A DNA stretch of 64,000 nt, taken from assembly GCA_032718475.1 (NCBI GenBank), contig JAUCBJ010006764.1, positions 1 to 64,000 on the forward strand. The letters run 5' to 3'. This stretch comes from Nemertoderma westbladi (taxonomy: Eukaryota > Animalia > Xenacoelomorpha). Positions 1-10,789 of the stretch are shown here, one piece after another. The translations under genes were made by a program, and so were the position numbers. The notes under the pieces were generated by a model. The model worked only from the letters and a program-made list of their open reading frames with translations. It searched no databases and was not told the DNA's origin. Position 1 is the stretch's first letter. Each line of letters starts with the position of its first letter.

Positions 1-15
1 AGTCACTACGGTAGT

Positions 16-205
16 TTGCAACCTTATTGCCTACTGCAATAAGATTTGTAAACTGTTACTGTTCGTCAGAACAGTATTAAACTGTATTTAATGCCTACAC
101 TTGCAACCTTATTGCCTACTGCAATAAGATTTATAAACTGTTACTGTTCGCCAGAACAGTATTCAATACCTACACTGCAATACAATATAAACTGTTACTG
201 TTCGC
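16..205. repeat. Short imperfect tandem duplication (~85-bp unit, ~2.3 copies)
   Basis: TTGCAACCTTATTGCCTACTGCAATAAGATTT.TAAACTGTTACTGTTCG occurs at ~17 and ~102, with a partial third copy at ~175-205. Confidence 0.75.
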
Positions 206-2448
206 GCTTTCGAAGACCTTTAGCAGTTTAACCTGCCAAATTTTATATGTCTTTTAGTTAATTAAAACCACTTTAGCATACGACAATAATTTATGCTAAT
301 ACGCAAAACATTAGCCGAAATCAGCCCATGCGCGATCATTCACCCGATGGATCTACACCCGGGAGACTGAATTCGGATGCTTGAATTGTATTATTACAGT
401 GTAAGGTTGCAGTGTATACCTAATGTATTATTCGATAGATCGTTAATAATTAATCTCTGACAGATATTATTGGCTTTCGGGAAATATTAACAGTTCCTTT
501 AGGACGTGGCGCTTTATCTATTTAAACAGAACTAAGACTTATACTAAACGCAACGATACTGCTTATGATTAAAGTATAAAACGTATTCTTTAGGAAATAC
601 TTTGTTACCAATCACAATCATACACACTATTCTGCCGACAGTCAGTATATTTGATCACACATAAAGAGAGCAGTAATTGACTCACGTAGGGTCTGCTAAA
701 TAACATTGGATTCAATACACACCACATTAATATAAATCGCAATTGTTATGTATAGCCGGTCTCTCTAACCTGTAGTGTTATCAAGAAAATTGGGAATTGG
801 GTGATTTATCCGTATTATCCAAATAGCAATATTTCCATCAACAAATATTTACAATTAATAACTGACGGTAAAATAACAGTACAAACAATATGATTAATGC
901 AATTAAATTAAGTGAGTATGTTAATTAAGTTGATCAATTAGGTAACAGTTTATACTTTCGATAATTCAAGCAGTTTACGGTACAGCAGTATCTATCCAAA
1001 AATGCCGGTGTTTCTGGCTTAGACAGCAATAACAACAAAGTATCAAGAAAAAACAGTAAGACTGAACACTCTCCTTATGATCGGCAGAAAAGCTACACGT
1101 CGACAGGAAAAACCGCCCTGATTGGCCCAAGCCAAACAAAGAACCACGCGTCCAATGGCTGTTTCCATGTCAGCAACCAGCTGCTAGATGTCGTAATATG
1201 AATCATCACGGCTAAGCTGTGAAAGGTGGTTGGTGCATTACAAGTTTTTTGTCTTACCATGTCCACTAAAACACGTATATAGCAGAATTACTTTTATGTC
1301 CGTTAAAACCCCTGTAAAGGTACCTTGCGGGCGAGGGGAATATATATACAGTTAGAAAACCTTTTTTAGAGTATTCCAGCGCCTGGGGGGGAACTGGCCA
1401 GCAAAGGCAAACGTATCAGTTATCCCACAAAAGCTTTTACAAATTGGGAATGTGAAGGTCCTTGTTTTCACGTGACTGACATGCCATATTATGATGTAAT
1501 GTATATCCGCCATCTCTGAACTTGGGAGAAACGAAATTGCAACAACTATGGAGAATCGGGAAGCCTGGAAGGATCTCATTTCCACTGTCCGAGTTCGCTC
1601 GACTTAGTAGTAGTAGTATATCCGCCATTGACGTAATGTTATGTAAAAGGTAGACCTAATCACACCAGATACTAATTAAAATAATGTCTTAATAACTAAT
1701 TATATTCATTCATACAATAAGCAATGTAGCCAATTAAGGCTGTGATTGACAAATTAACCGCACAATTAATTAATTGACAAAACTAAAATCAAACTAGTAG
1801 AGATCATATCCAAACCTGTATAAATATAAATAAACGCAACGATATAACTACATGTACGTACACTATATTAACTGTAGAGGGGGATACTGTCCCTCCTGCG
1901 AAAAGCAAAATATATTTATCAGTATTTTAATTAATGTAACTTAAAGAAATTGAGCCTTATTCGAAGAAATTCTACATGGGCATTTTGGACCTATACCGCC
2001 ACTGCTTGGCTCTTTGGAAGTGTATTTCCGTAAAGCTCTATTGTATGGCTCTAGACCAACCCAAAGCAACATTAGTATGTGAACACAGAATTCCATTTCC
2101 CATTCATTTCAATGGTAGCCAACTTGTCTTTCTTGTATTGGGGGTAGACCACTGGTTAGCTTTCTGCTATTGTGTTATTCAAAGATAGCGGCAGGAATAA
2201 AGAGAAATACCGACCTCACTAATGGGCTGTTCCTTCAGGTCAGCTTAAGTTACAGTGTGAATGTTAAATGGCGCCGCCAGTGGCCAGTCCACTCTGTCGT
2301 TATTGTGGCTTTATGAATGGAGTTCCTTTAGTAGTTTCAAACGCTTTCTTTCTATCTGCGCGCAAGAAGATGGGAGTTGAGTTGGGGTTGCGGTTGAGTG
2401 TGGGTGGAGTGATTGACAGGTTGTTGGAAGTTGTCTGATTCTGTTTGA

Positions 2449-2797
2449 TACAGTGGCCCACAACGGACAACACAAACCACAAAACGAATGCAGAGTGTTC
2501 TATGGGGCATAAGTTGCTGTTGAATGCGCCGTGAAAGCCACGGCACTTTACGAAATGTGCCGTGGAAATCCACGGCACTTTACGAAATGTGCCGTGAAAG
2601 CCACGGCACTTTACGAAATGTGCCGTGAAAGCCACGGCACTTTACGAAATGTGCCGTGAAAGCCACGGCACTTTACGAAATGTGCCGTGAAAGCCCCGGC
2701 ACTATACGAAATGTGCCGTGGAAATCCACGGCACTTTACAAAATGTGCCGTGAAAGCCAGGGCACTCTACGAAATGTGCCGTAGAAACCTACGGCAT
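2449..2797 (+). repeat. Left terminal inverted repeat (TIR) with ~9 palindromic 31/32-bp subterminal units
   Basis: A ~80-bp unique terminus is followed by tandem GCCGTG-AAAGC(or GAAATC)-CACGGC-ACTTTACGAAATGT from 2528. Confidence 0.95.
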
Positions 2798-3546
2798 ATT
2801 ACTATTGGTTAAGCTAAATAATTTCGCGGGTAATTTAAAACGTATACCAGCTACTGTCAGACTATAGTGTTCATACTGTCCTGTCTCAGCCTATGGCCTA
2901 CCTGCAGACCTGCTGACCTACTGCTGCAGTACTGCATAATCTGTATCCACTGTCAGGTTGTGTACCGGTTACCGGTGCCGGTACTTTAGTACGTCGGTAC
3001 CGATAGGTGTAGTGTAATTGTAAGGGTATAATCGAATTCGCATGCCGTAAGTAACTGAGTAATTCAGTAAAGTACTGGTACGGTACGGTACGCGTAAGGT
3101 ACCCGTTCTGCCGTTATACTCCAACACCATTCAGCCATTAACAGATTATCAGATTATATACCAGTATTCAGGTATTACATGTCAATACGTATGTAATATA
3201 GTGTGTCAATTAGTTAATTCACTGGTTTGCCATTCCCCCCCCCCCCCCCCCCTTACTAATTTTACTATTTTAACTTAACTAACTTACTAATTTTACTAGA
3301 GATTTAATGCAGCTATTTATTATTACCGTACCTCTGCTGCTCTGTCAGTCTGTGCTTTGCGGGTTCAGCTAATTTGTAGAAAATTAGATGGTCGGGAGGG
3401 GGGGGGGGGGGGGGGGGGGGTCGGGTGGCAATCCTCTGCATTCTGAGTTAAGACACTATTTGGCAGCCAATTAGGTAGGATGGTAGGCCTAAGTAAATGA
3501 GTCTTTTGTTATTTTTTATAATAATAACCATCGGCATATAATAATC

Positions 3547-5237
3547 ATGGTATTCTGCCTACACTGTACTGCGAGACTCGTTGATAACGCTATATTTTGT
3601 CACATATGTTCAGCGCCAGCCCAATTGTTAGTTGATGATGACGTATTACCCCCCCCGTCACCGTGCCTGTATTCACCTCACATTCGACAGTTGGACCCAG
3701 TGGGAGTGTGGCAGCGAATATACCATCAACTACTTTACAGGCAAGTAATTACTTTAGTGGAAGTGATTTATCGGCACATGTTGGCACTTATCGGCCCACA
3801 TCTTCGGAATTGATTTCCTTTAGTAGCTACTTGCTGCTAAAAAGCGTGGTCATTTAGAGCATGGATCAAACAAAAGTAAGAAATTTTGTGACGATGTAGA
3901 GGTAACAGTTAATGTTGGTGCGATGAAGATGATAGGTGTGTTAAAAGTTATACGAGGAAAAAGACTACCCCTGGCTGTTTCAAAAACATCGAACTATGTC
4001 GCCATTAAAACTGCTGCTGTTGAGAAGTTTTCTACTTTTTATAAAAACGTTTTCAATACGGATAAAGAGGATGATTTTATATTACTTACTATGGACGGCT
4101 CGGTTGCAACTAAACTACCTGGCACTGATAAAAACTTCGTGTTAAACTTGTACAAGGAGTCGCTTGGCAAAGACTATAAAAGAATAACATTCTATCTATG
4201 TAGTGTTGACGACTTTGAAAAGAGTGAGGCTCAAGAAACAGATGATAACTCATTGCTTTCACATTCAAACCTAAGACAATCTAGGCTAAATATAGGTTCC
4301 AACATTGCATCATGTCCGCCATTGCATAACGACAATAGTAACACTCAAACAACACCACCGCCGCAACCTGCCCCACAACCCTTTAGTTCATCAGTTATCT
4401 CTACATCATTTCAGCCAAACGTCATAGGTCATCCAACCCAAGATATTATTGTCATAGAAATTGACGAGGAGGATTTAGACAATTGTATAACTGCAAATGA
4501 TGCTGCCCCGGCCCCCAGTCCAAGCAATTTGAATATGTTAGATCCTAAGGTAACACGAGACAATATTGAAACACTTAGAGACGTTTCACTACACAATGAT
4601 TACTATAACGATGATGATGTGTATAATATTATCAGAATTCGAAGACGTAAATTATTGAGTGACCTCCTTATTGGAATTGAAAAGCTCAACCCCCACGAAT
4701 TGATTAAAATCAGGTATACGGGGGAGCCAGGTATTGACAATGGTGGTTTGAGACGCGACGTCTTTGGAAGATGTATTGTTGCTATGTTAAATGGTTCGTC
4801 GTTGTTTAATATTATAGATGGCTATATAGTGCCATCATCTGGCGATATGAGTAAAGTTGTGCGTGGGGAATTTAAAGTGATTGGTAAACTTTTCGCGATG
4901 ATTTTACTGCATGGAGAACAGTTTCTAGGTATCCTACATCCCATAGTTTCCTATTACATTATATACGATAGCATTGACGCCCCCTTCAGAGAATCGGGAT
5001 TTTTATCCCATACCACTTGTGAATTTCTCATATGTTTGACGGACACTGGGAAGTTTTCTCCGCATATGATCGAGTGTAGCCTAGATATTGGACTTGTCCC
5101 GCCTAACGAAAATTGTAGTGTGGATACCAAATTAAAGTTTTTCGATACTTTCATGCAGGTTTACACTGTCCTTTCAAACAAAGCAGCTGTCGATGCTGTT
5201 AAGTCTGAATTTCGTGAACACGTTTTCGTGAACGAAA
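3547..5237 (+). pseudogene. Transposon cargo gene: double zinc ribbon + conserved GKRLPL domain + HECT E3-ligase-like N-lobe (frameshifted, interrupted)
   Basis: The N-terminus reads MVFCLHC...FCHICS (two CxxC). The frame appears to shift at a C-run (~3650) and an A-run (~3840). KRGHLEHG...EVTVNVGA reads in frame into ORF 3923 (LKVIRGKRLPLAV). IRIRRRKLLSD...LIKIRYTGEPGIDNGGLRRDVF...FKVIGKLFAMILLHG is the HECT N-lobe signature (GE.g.D.GG..REF). No C-lobe or catalytic Cys is seen. Confidence 0.75.
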
Positions 5238-6605
5238 TGAAAACAAATAAGTTGGTACCAGTTCCCAAGAAGGGCAACCTAACACTCTATGGTTCTTTTC
5301 GGGGAATCTCATTGATCTCGATTGCTGCAAAGCTATACAATAGGATTCTATTAAATCGCATCAGGGATCCCATTGAGAGACTGCTCCGTGGAAATCAGAA
5401 TGGGTTCCGTAAAGGTCGTGGGACCATGGAGCCCATTTTGGCACTTAGAAGGATAATTGAAGAATTATCAAAAAAGAAAGACAGGCATCTGGCTGTTATC
5501 TTTGTTGACTTCTTCAAGGCCTTTGATTCAGTCTCTCGCTCACGTATGTTCAGCATACTTTCATTATATGGGATTCCTGATGAAATTATTGCAGCAATCA
5601 GATCAGTATACGATGGTTCGACAACATTTGTGTCTACTGTTGATGGTGACACAGAACCATTTGAAGTGTTATGGGGCGTCCTCCATGGAGACACACTTGC
5701 ACCATTCTTGTTCATTATTGTGGTTGACTATGTTCTACGCATGTCCTTAGATCATCATAATGATGATGGGGTGATGATAACTCCACCTACTGGCTCCAGA
5801 AGTCGAGGAAATCCTGCCAAGTACCTAACTGATCTAGACTTTGCTGATGACTTAGGAGTACTCTCAGAATCATTAGAGGGAGCCCAACGGCTCCTCAGCT
5901 CATTAGAACATGCTGCTTCTAGTGTTGGTCTTTTTATTAACTCCAGAAAGACCAAAATTTTGACAGTTAACTTTGAAAGTCCTCAGCAAGTCTCTGATCG
6001 GATGAGCATAAGCTCAAAGGATGGTATGCTTGAGCATGTGGACGACTTCTGTTACCTGGGATCATGGATCCGGAAGTCAGGTGAGGACCTTCGAATACGT
6101 AAGGGAAAGGCATGGGCAGCCTTGAATAGGCTTTCCAGGATTTGAAAGTCACCGAGAATTAATCGGAAACTTAAGGTCCGATTATTTAGAGCAGCAGTAG
6201 TTCCAGTACTCCTCTACGGGAGTCCATGCTGGGCTCTAACTGCTGAGGACACCAAATCTCTGGATGGCACATTCACAAGAATGCTACGCCGGGTTCATTG
6301 TGTCAAGTACAATGCACAAATCTCCAACCAGACACTATATAACATTGGAGGTGTCTCATTGGTTCCCCCAAGCTTGACACTAGAACAAAATCGCCTCCAC
6401 TTTGCAGGACATGGCTTTTGCCGTGAGGACCAGCCAGTGCATAATCTTGTACTTTGGCAGCCTCATGGAGTGAATAAGCCCATGACTTTCTTGAGACGCA
6501 TCTTAAAGGACACTGGCCTTGAAGATGCGGATGATCTAGCAAATGTCATGGGTGATAGGGAGTTGTGGCGGTGCAATTTTGTTGACAAGCCGGCACAGCA
6601 TTCTT
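5238..6605 (+). mobile_element. 5'-truncated RTE-clade LINE (reverse transcriptase) inserted in the cargo gene
   Basis: RT motifs VPVPKKGNL, FRGISLISIAAKLYN, QNGFRKGR, FVDFFKAFDS, GVLHGDTLAPFLF, DFADD, FCYLGS. There is a premature TGA at 6143-6145 and the C-terminal part lies in ORF 6281-6607. The 5' boundary is set by where homology to the second copy (~32505) begins. Confidence 0.9.
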
Positions 6606-6720
6606 AAAAAAGCAGCTGCAATGCAGCATGCCGATCCTAGACAGCTTCAAACAAGCACAATGCTAACCTACGGAGATTTAGTACTGTTTGATTCTGTTGG
6701 AGAAAATATTTCCAACAAGT

Positions 6721-7590
6721 TTAGTCTGTTGGAGCGTTCCAGGCAATAGCGATATCATCTAACTCTTTCTGTATGGTACTGGCAAAGCAAAACCATATTA
6801 CATCGATGTGAATCAGGTTCCCCGGATCAAGTTCTCCATTTTCGACGAGATGAGTGAGAAAATTAATCCACCATGTTGACCACGACTTCCGGAGATAAGA
6901 CCACCACGCTTCTATTCTTTGGTTGCGTGGCGAACTAACGTATCTATGTGCATCTAGATTCTGGGAAAAATAACTATGAGCTGCCGCCATAACGCCGTTT
7001 TCGGTTCCTCTGTCGGTTTCAAGTCGTACCGGCATTCCGTAATGCCTTACAGCATCTAGGTATAATTTCGCTATGCGAATGGGATCGTTGTTACTCCTAA
7101 TAACTTCTGACCAAATTACAAGTCTCGACCAGCCGTCGATACATCCATGGATGGGAAAACCGAAACGTTTGAGTTTATCGTACCCATCACTATGCCAACA
7201 AGCACCCGGCCCTGCATTACGATACACACGTCTACGAAGTTTATGTCTCTTTCTATGGTTACTCCCCACAGGAACCAGTTTTTGCAGATACTTCTGCACC
7301 ACAAGCCTTGGCACATTATATCCTTTAGCTAAAAGTTGTTTCCAAATATATCTATAACCACAAGACGCACCGGACGTTCGTAAAATACCAGAAATTTCTT
7401 GCAATACGTTTGATAATCGATATAAGGTGGTCGTGTTTCGTCTAAATAACCCCAAACTGTTTAGTTGCCTCTGAATAGTTTTTACGCTGGGTGGACTACT
7501 GGAAGAAAGAGTAAGAAGGCGGCGTATTTCATAATAGGTGTATCCTAACTTAAAGTATTTTACTATCAATAATGGATTTGTAACCATCAC
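6721..7590 (-). CDS. IS3EU-type DDE transposase (integrase-core fold), probably C-terminally truncated
   Basis: 289-aa ORF with an HTH-like N-terminus (GYTYYEIRRLL...SVKTIQRQL), CGYRYIW, RRRVYRNAGP, and the catalytic candidates WHSDGYDKL, ETDRGTEN, NQRIEAWW. Confidence 0.88.
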   Translation of the reverse strand: MMVTNPLLIVKYFKLGYTYYEIRRLLTLSSSSPPSVKTIQRQLNSLGLFRRNTTTLYRLSNVLQEISGILRTSGASCGYRYIWKQLLAKGYNVPRLVVQKYLQKLVPVGSNHRKRHKLRRRVYRNAGPGACWHSDGYDKLKRFGFPIHGCIDGWSRLVIWSEVIRSNNDPIRIAKLYLDAVRHYGMPVRLETDRGTENGVMAAAHSYFSQNLDAHRYVSSPRNQRIEAWWSYLRKSWSTWWINFLTHLVENGELDPGNLIHIDVIWFCFASTIQKELDDIAIAWNAPTD

Positions 7591-7729
7591 ACAAAATGTA
7601 CCAGTACGGCTATGCGATGCAGTTGCAGATGCAGTACCAGTATACGCCTATACAGAAAGTATTAAGGGTTTTAAACATAAACAATAGGTTTTAAATTCAA
7701 ACAACCCGCCATAAATTAACCACTCACGT

Positions 7730-8111
7730 AGTGCCGTGGATTTCCACGGCACATTTCGTAAAGTGCCGTGGATTTCCACGGCACATTTCGTAAAGTGCCG
7801 GGGCTTTCACGGCACATTTCGTAAAGTGCCGTGGCTTTCACGGCACATTTCGTGAAGTGCCGTGGATTTCCACGGCACATTTCATAAAGTGCCGTGGCTT
7901 TCACGGCACATATCGTAAAGTGCCTTGGCTTTCACGGCACATTTCTCAAATTGCCGTGGCTTTCACGGCACATTTCGTAAAGTGCCGTGGATTTCCACGG
8001 CACATTTCGTAAAGTGCCGTGGCTTTCACGGCGCATTCAACAGCAACTTATGCCCCATAGAACACTATGCATTCGTTTTGTGGTTTGTGTTGTCCGTTGT
8101 GGGCCACCGTA
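7730..8111 (-). repeat. Right TIR with ~10 palindromic subterminal units
   Basis: Reverse complement of 2449-2797; units GTGCCGTGG(C/AT)TTT(C)CACGGCACATTTCGTAAA. Confidence 0.95.
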
Positions 8112-9299
8112 GTTTGAAACTGTCTGAATCTGTTTGAAACTGTCTAAATCTGTTTGAAGTTGTTGGACTGTTGGAGTTTGTCTGAAAGTGTTTGAAGCTG
8201 TTGGATCCGATCGGTTCAGATCGGATCCGATGGCACTCTGTTGGTGAGCTGGACTGTATATGAATTTTTGTTATTGCGAGATATTTTTGACACTACCTTA
8301 ACTCGTTATTTCGTAATCGTTTGCTTACTGATTTTCGTTAGTGCTAAATTGTATATGATACTACTGTTGCACAGTATTTCTAATAGGTTATTTTGTCGTT
8401 CCACCAACTTATTGATTTTTGATATCGCTAATTATAAATGTATTTGACACTACACCGTACAGCAATACGTCATTTTGTACTCGTTCCCGGATAAATAAAA
8501 GAGTTTGTTTGTTATATACTTAATTTGTGTACCACTGACCTCTATGTCTACGCGTAGTTATTTATAGTTTTATTTATATAGGTACTCATTCTGAATATAG
8601 TCATTTATTTAGTTTTTCCTTCTACAGTACTTTGATTAAATGCATTATATTATCTATTCTGCCTGTTTCGTGTCACTTTAAACTGTATATTTTTTGCTGG
8701 ACTTAATGGCTTTCCTGTGGCGTACTTTCAATATTATTAGTTACCCCATTTAGTCAATAAATAAATAAAAATAAAAAATATAACAGTATATGATTGAGAT
8801 TGCAATACAGAATTACAACAGCAGTGTATAAAGTGATGGTTAAAACTATAACTGGTCTGCAACTCTGTGATTAATAAACTGGCCGGTAAATCAGTAATCA
8901 GGATAACTATATGATTGATACACATAGATATTGGTTTCACCTCTACTCTACTTCGGCCTTTTGCTACCCAATGGATGCTTTCCTATCTTTCCCCATGTGC
9001 TCCCCTGCCCGCTATTGGCTTATATACTAATTGTCACTTTGGCACTCCCTGTAAGTGTTACCCGCTGCTGCCAACCTCAACTAGCTGGGTTCTCCCTCCG
9101 AGGTGGTTTGACCTCTCACCTCTCTCTGTGGCTTTAGGGCCTGTGTCGCCCCCCCCCCCCCCCCCCGAGTTGGTAATGAGGCGAGATTATTATTGGTAAT
9201 CTCGTATCGTCAACTATATTGGTAAAATGCCACTGGTCCCATTTTCGGGTGGGTAATGTAAGGGAATTGAATCCGCTTACAAGGGGGGGGGGGGGGGGG

Positions 9300-10127
9300 G
9301 GGGGGCGTTTGGACCCGCCGATCCATAACGTGAGCGACGTAGTAGAGTTTGCCATAAACGAGCATTAACACCAGCCGGATCAATGTGTTTAAGAAGTATT
9401 CTAACAGTTTCTCGGCGAAGGTTTATAAAGTGCCGACTCCATAAGCGTCGATGAATCGTCCAATACCCACAATTAATTGCAGAAAATTCGACATGTTCCG
9501 ATTCTAACGCACGTAATACACGAGGATGTGACTGCTCGTAACAACGGCTTCTAAGGTTTAAATCAGCTCTACGTCGTCTAGGTCTAATTGTCCTATCACT
9601 AATAGTTATTCCATGTTGCGATTTCAATAGCACCCTTGTATCTCTAACAGTAAAACGTAGGTATGAATAATACGCCGAAATTAAGATATCCATTTCTGGA
9701 TTTACCAAAACAAGCATGTAGGCCTAAAGTCTGTTTTAAATCTCCCTCTCAAAACCTTCCTTACTTGAAACCAAATTTCGTTTTTGTCGTTTTTTATATT
9801 TGTAGTAAAATAAAAAAAACGACAAAAACAAGAATTTCATGAATAATTCGTTTTTGTCGTTTTTTTTATTTGTGGTGAAATAAAAAAAAAACGACAAAAA
9901 CAAGAATTTCATGAATAATTCGTTTTTGTCGTTTTTTTTTATTTGTAGTAAAATAAAAAAAACGACAAAAACAAGAATTTCATGAATAATTCGTTTTTGT
10001 CGTTTTTTTTTATTTGTAGTAAAATAAAAAAAACGACAAAAACAAGAATTCATGAATAATTTGTTTTTGTCATTTTTTTTTACTCGAAATGAAATATTTT
10101 TTAAGTTGTCCCTTCTGGGCCACCATA
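9300..10127 (-). mobile_element. Second IS3EU-like family: one terminus plus transposase N-terminal half
   Basis: ORF 9277-9717 (ITISDRTI, NCGYWTIHRRLW, LRRETVRILLKHIDPAGV, RRSRYGSAGPN) is homologous to 6721-7590. The terminus reads TATGGTGGCCCAGAAGGGACAAC on minus from 10127. AT-rich hairpin units lie at 9778-10080. Confidence 0.8.
9778..10080. repeat. Subterminal tandem hairpin array (~70-bp unit, ~4.5 copies)
   Basis: GTTTTTGTCGTTTTTTTTATTT-GTAGTA-AAATAAAAAAAACGACAAAAAC repeated, separated by AAGAATTTCATGAATAATTC. Confidence 0.9.
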
Positions 10128-10250
10128 GGTTACAGTGGTAGCCAGAAGGAAACAAAACAATAAACGATTAGAAAAAAATAAAAATTCGAATTTTTTGTGT
10201 GATTTGGTGGGATTACCTGATTTGTTGTGATTTGGTGTGATTTGTTGTGA

Positions 10251-10476
10251 AGGCGGGGTAGCTCAGTTGGTTGAGCGCCGGGCCTGCAATCTAATGGTTG
10301 TAGGTTCAGCCCCGCCAGGGTCCACTCAGCCTTTCATCCACTGGGGTCGATAAAATGAGTACCAGTTAAATAACTGGGAGCAAATCTTGGGATAGGAGTA
10401 GCGCCCACCCCTACCCTCGGGTAGCAGCTATCGAAAGAGGAGCCTTTGGGTCGCCTCCGGCTACGGCCGACTTTGC
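10251..10476 (+). mobile_element. tRNA-derived SINE
   Basis: Head GGCGGGGTAGCTCAGTTGG (A box)...GGTTCAGCCCC (B-box-like), central CTCAGCCTTTCATCC...GGGGTCGATAAAATGAGTACCAG. Flanked by TTTGTTGTGA on both sides within a TGTGATTTGG microsatellite. Confidence 0.8.
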
Positions 10477-10789
10477 TTTGTTGTGATTTGGTGTGATTTG
10501 TTGTGATTTGGTCAATTTTGTGTGATTTGGGTGTTTAGACGGACCGCAACATCCAGTTAGGAACACAACGCCCGATTTTGTTCTTTTGAATGCCAAAATT
10601 TGGCGTTTCCAGAACCAATCTTGCTGCATTTTCCCCATGGCTCTTTCCGGTTTCAGGGGCACTGAATTTTTAACAACTGCAGTATTACTATCAACTGTTA
10701 TTTATTGTACAGGTTCACCAGTATTGGTGTACAGGTGTATAAACACTGACCTGACAAACAGCGTCCATTAGATGTAATCTCAGACCAGA

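Larger units (their letters stand above)
2449..8111. mobile_element. IS3EU-type DNA transposon with both ends intact, internally damaged
   Basis: The left end TACAGTGGCCCACAACGGACAACACAAACC (2449) is the reverse complement, with one mismatch, of the right end GGTTTGTGTTGTCCGTTGTGGGCCACCGTA (8111). A perfect 6-bp TSD GTTTGA lies at 2443-2448 and 8112-8117. TAY..RTA ends, a 6-bp TSD and an integrase-like DDE ORF match the IS3EU superfamily as I recall its definition. Confidence 0.9.

Noticed and set aside
2300-2635. ORFs 2300-2635, 7716-7904, 7925-8137 and 9736-10155
   Set aside because: Translations of TIR repeat arrays, not real proteins.
2528-2797. CRISPR-like array of palindromic repeats
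   Set aside because: No unique spacers, no cas genes, eukaryotic context; it is the transposon subterminal array.
10252-10325. Functional tRNA gene
   Set aside because: Continues into a SINE body with flanking direct repeats; the T-arm and acceptor stem are imperfect.
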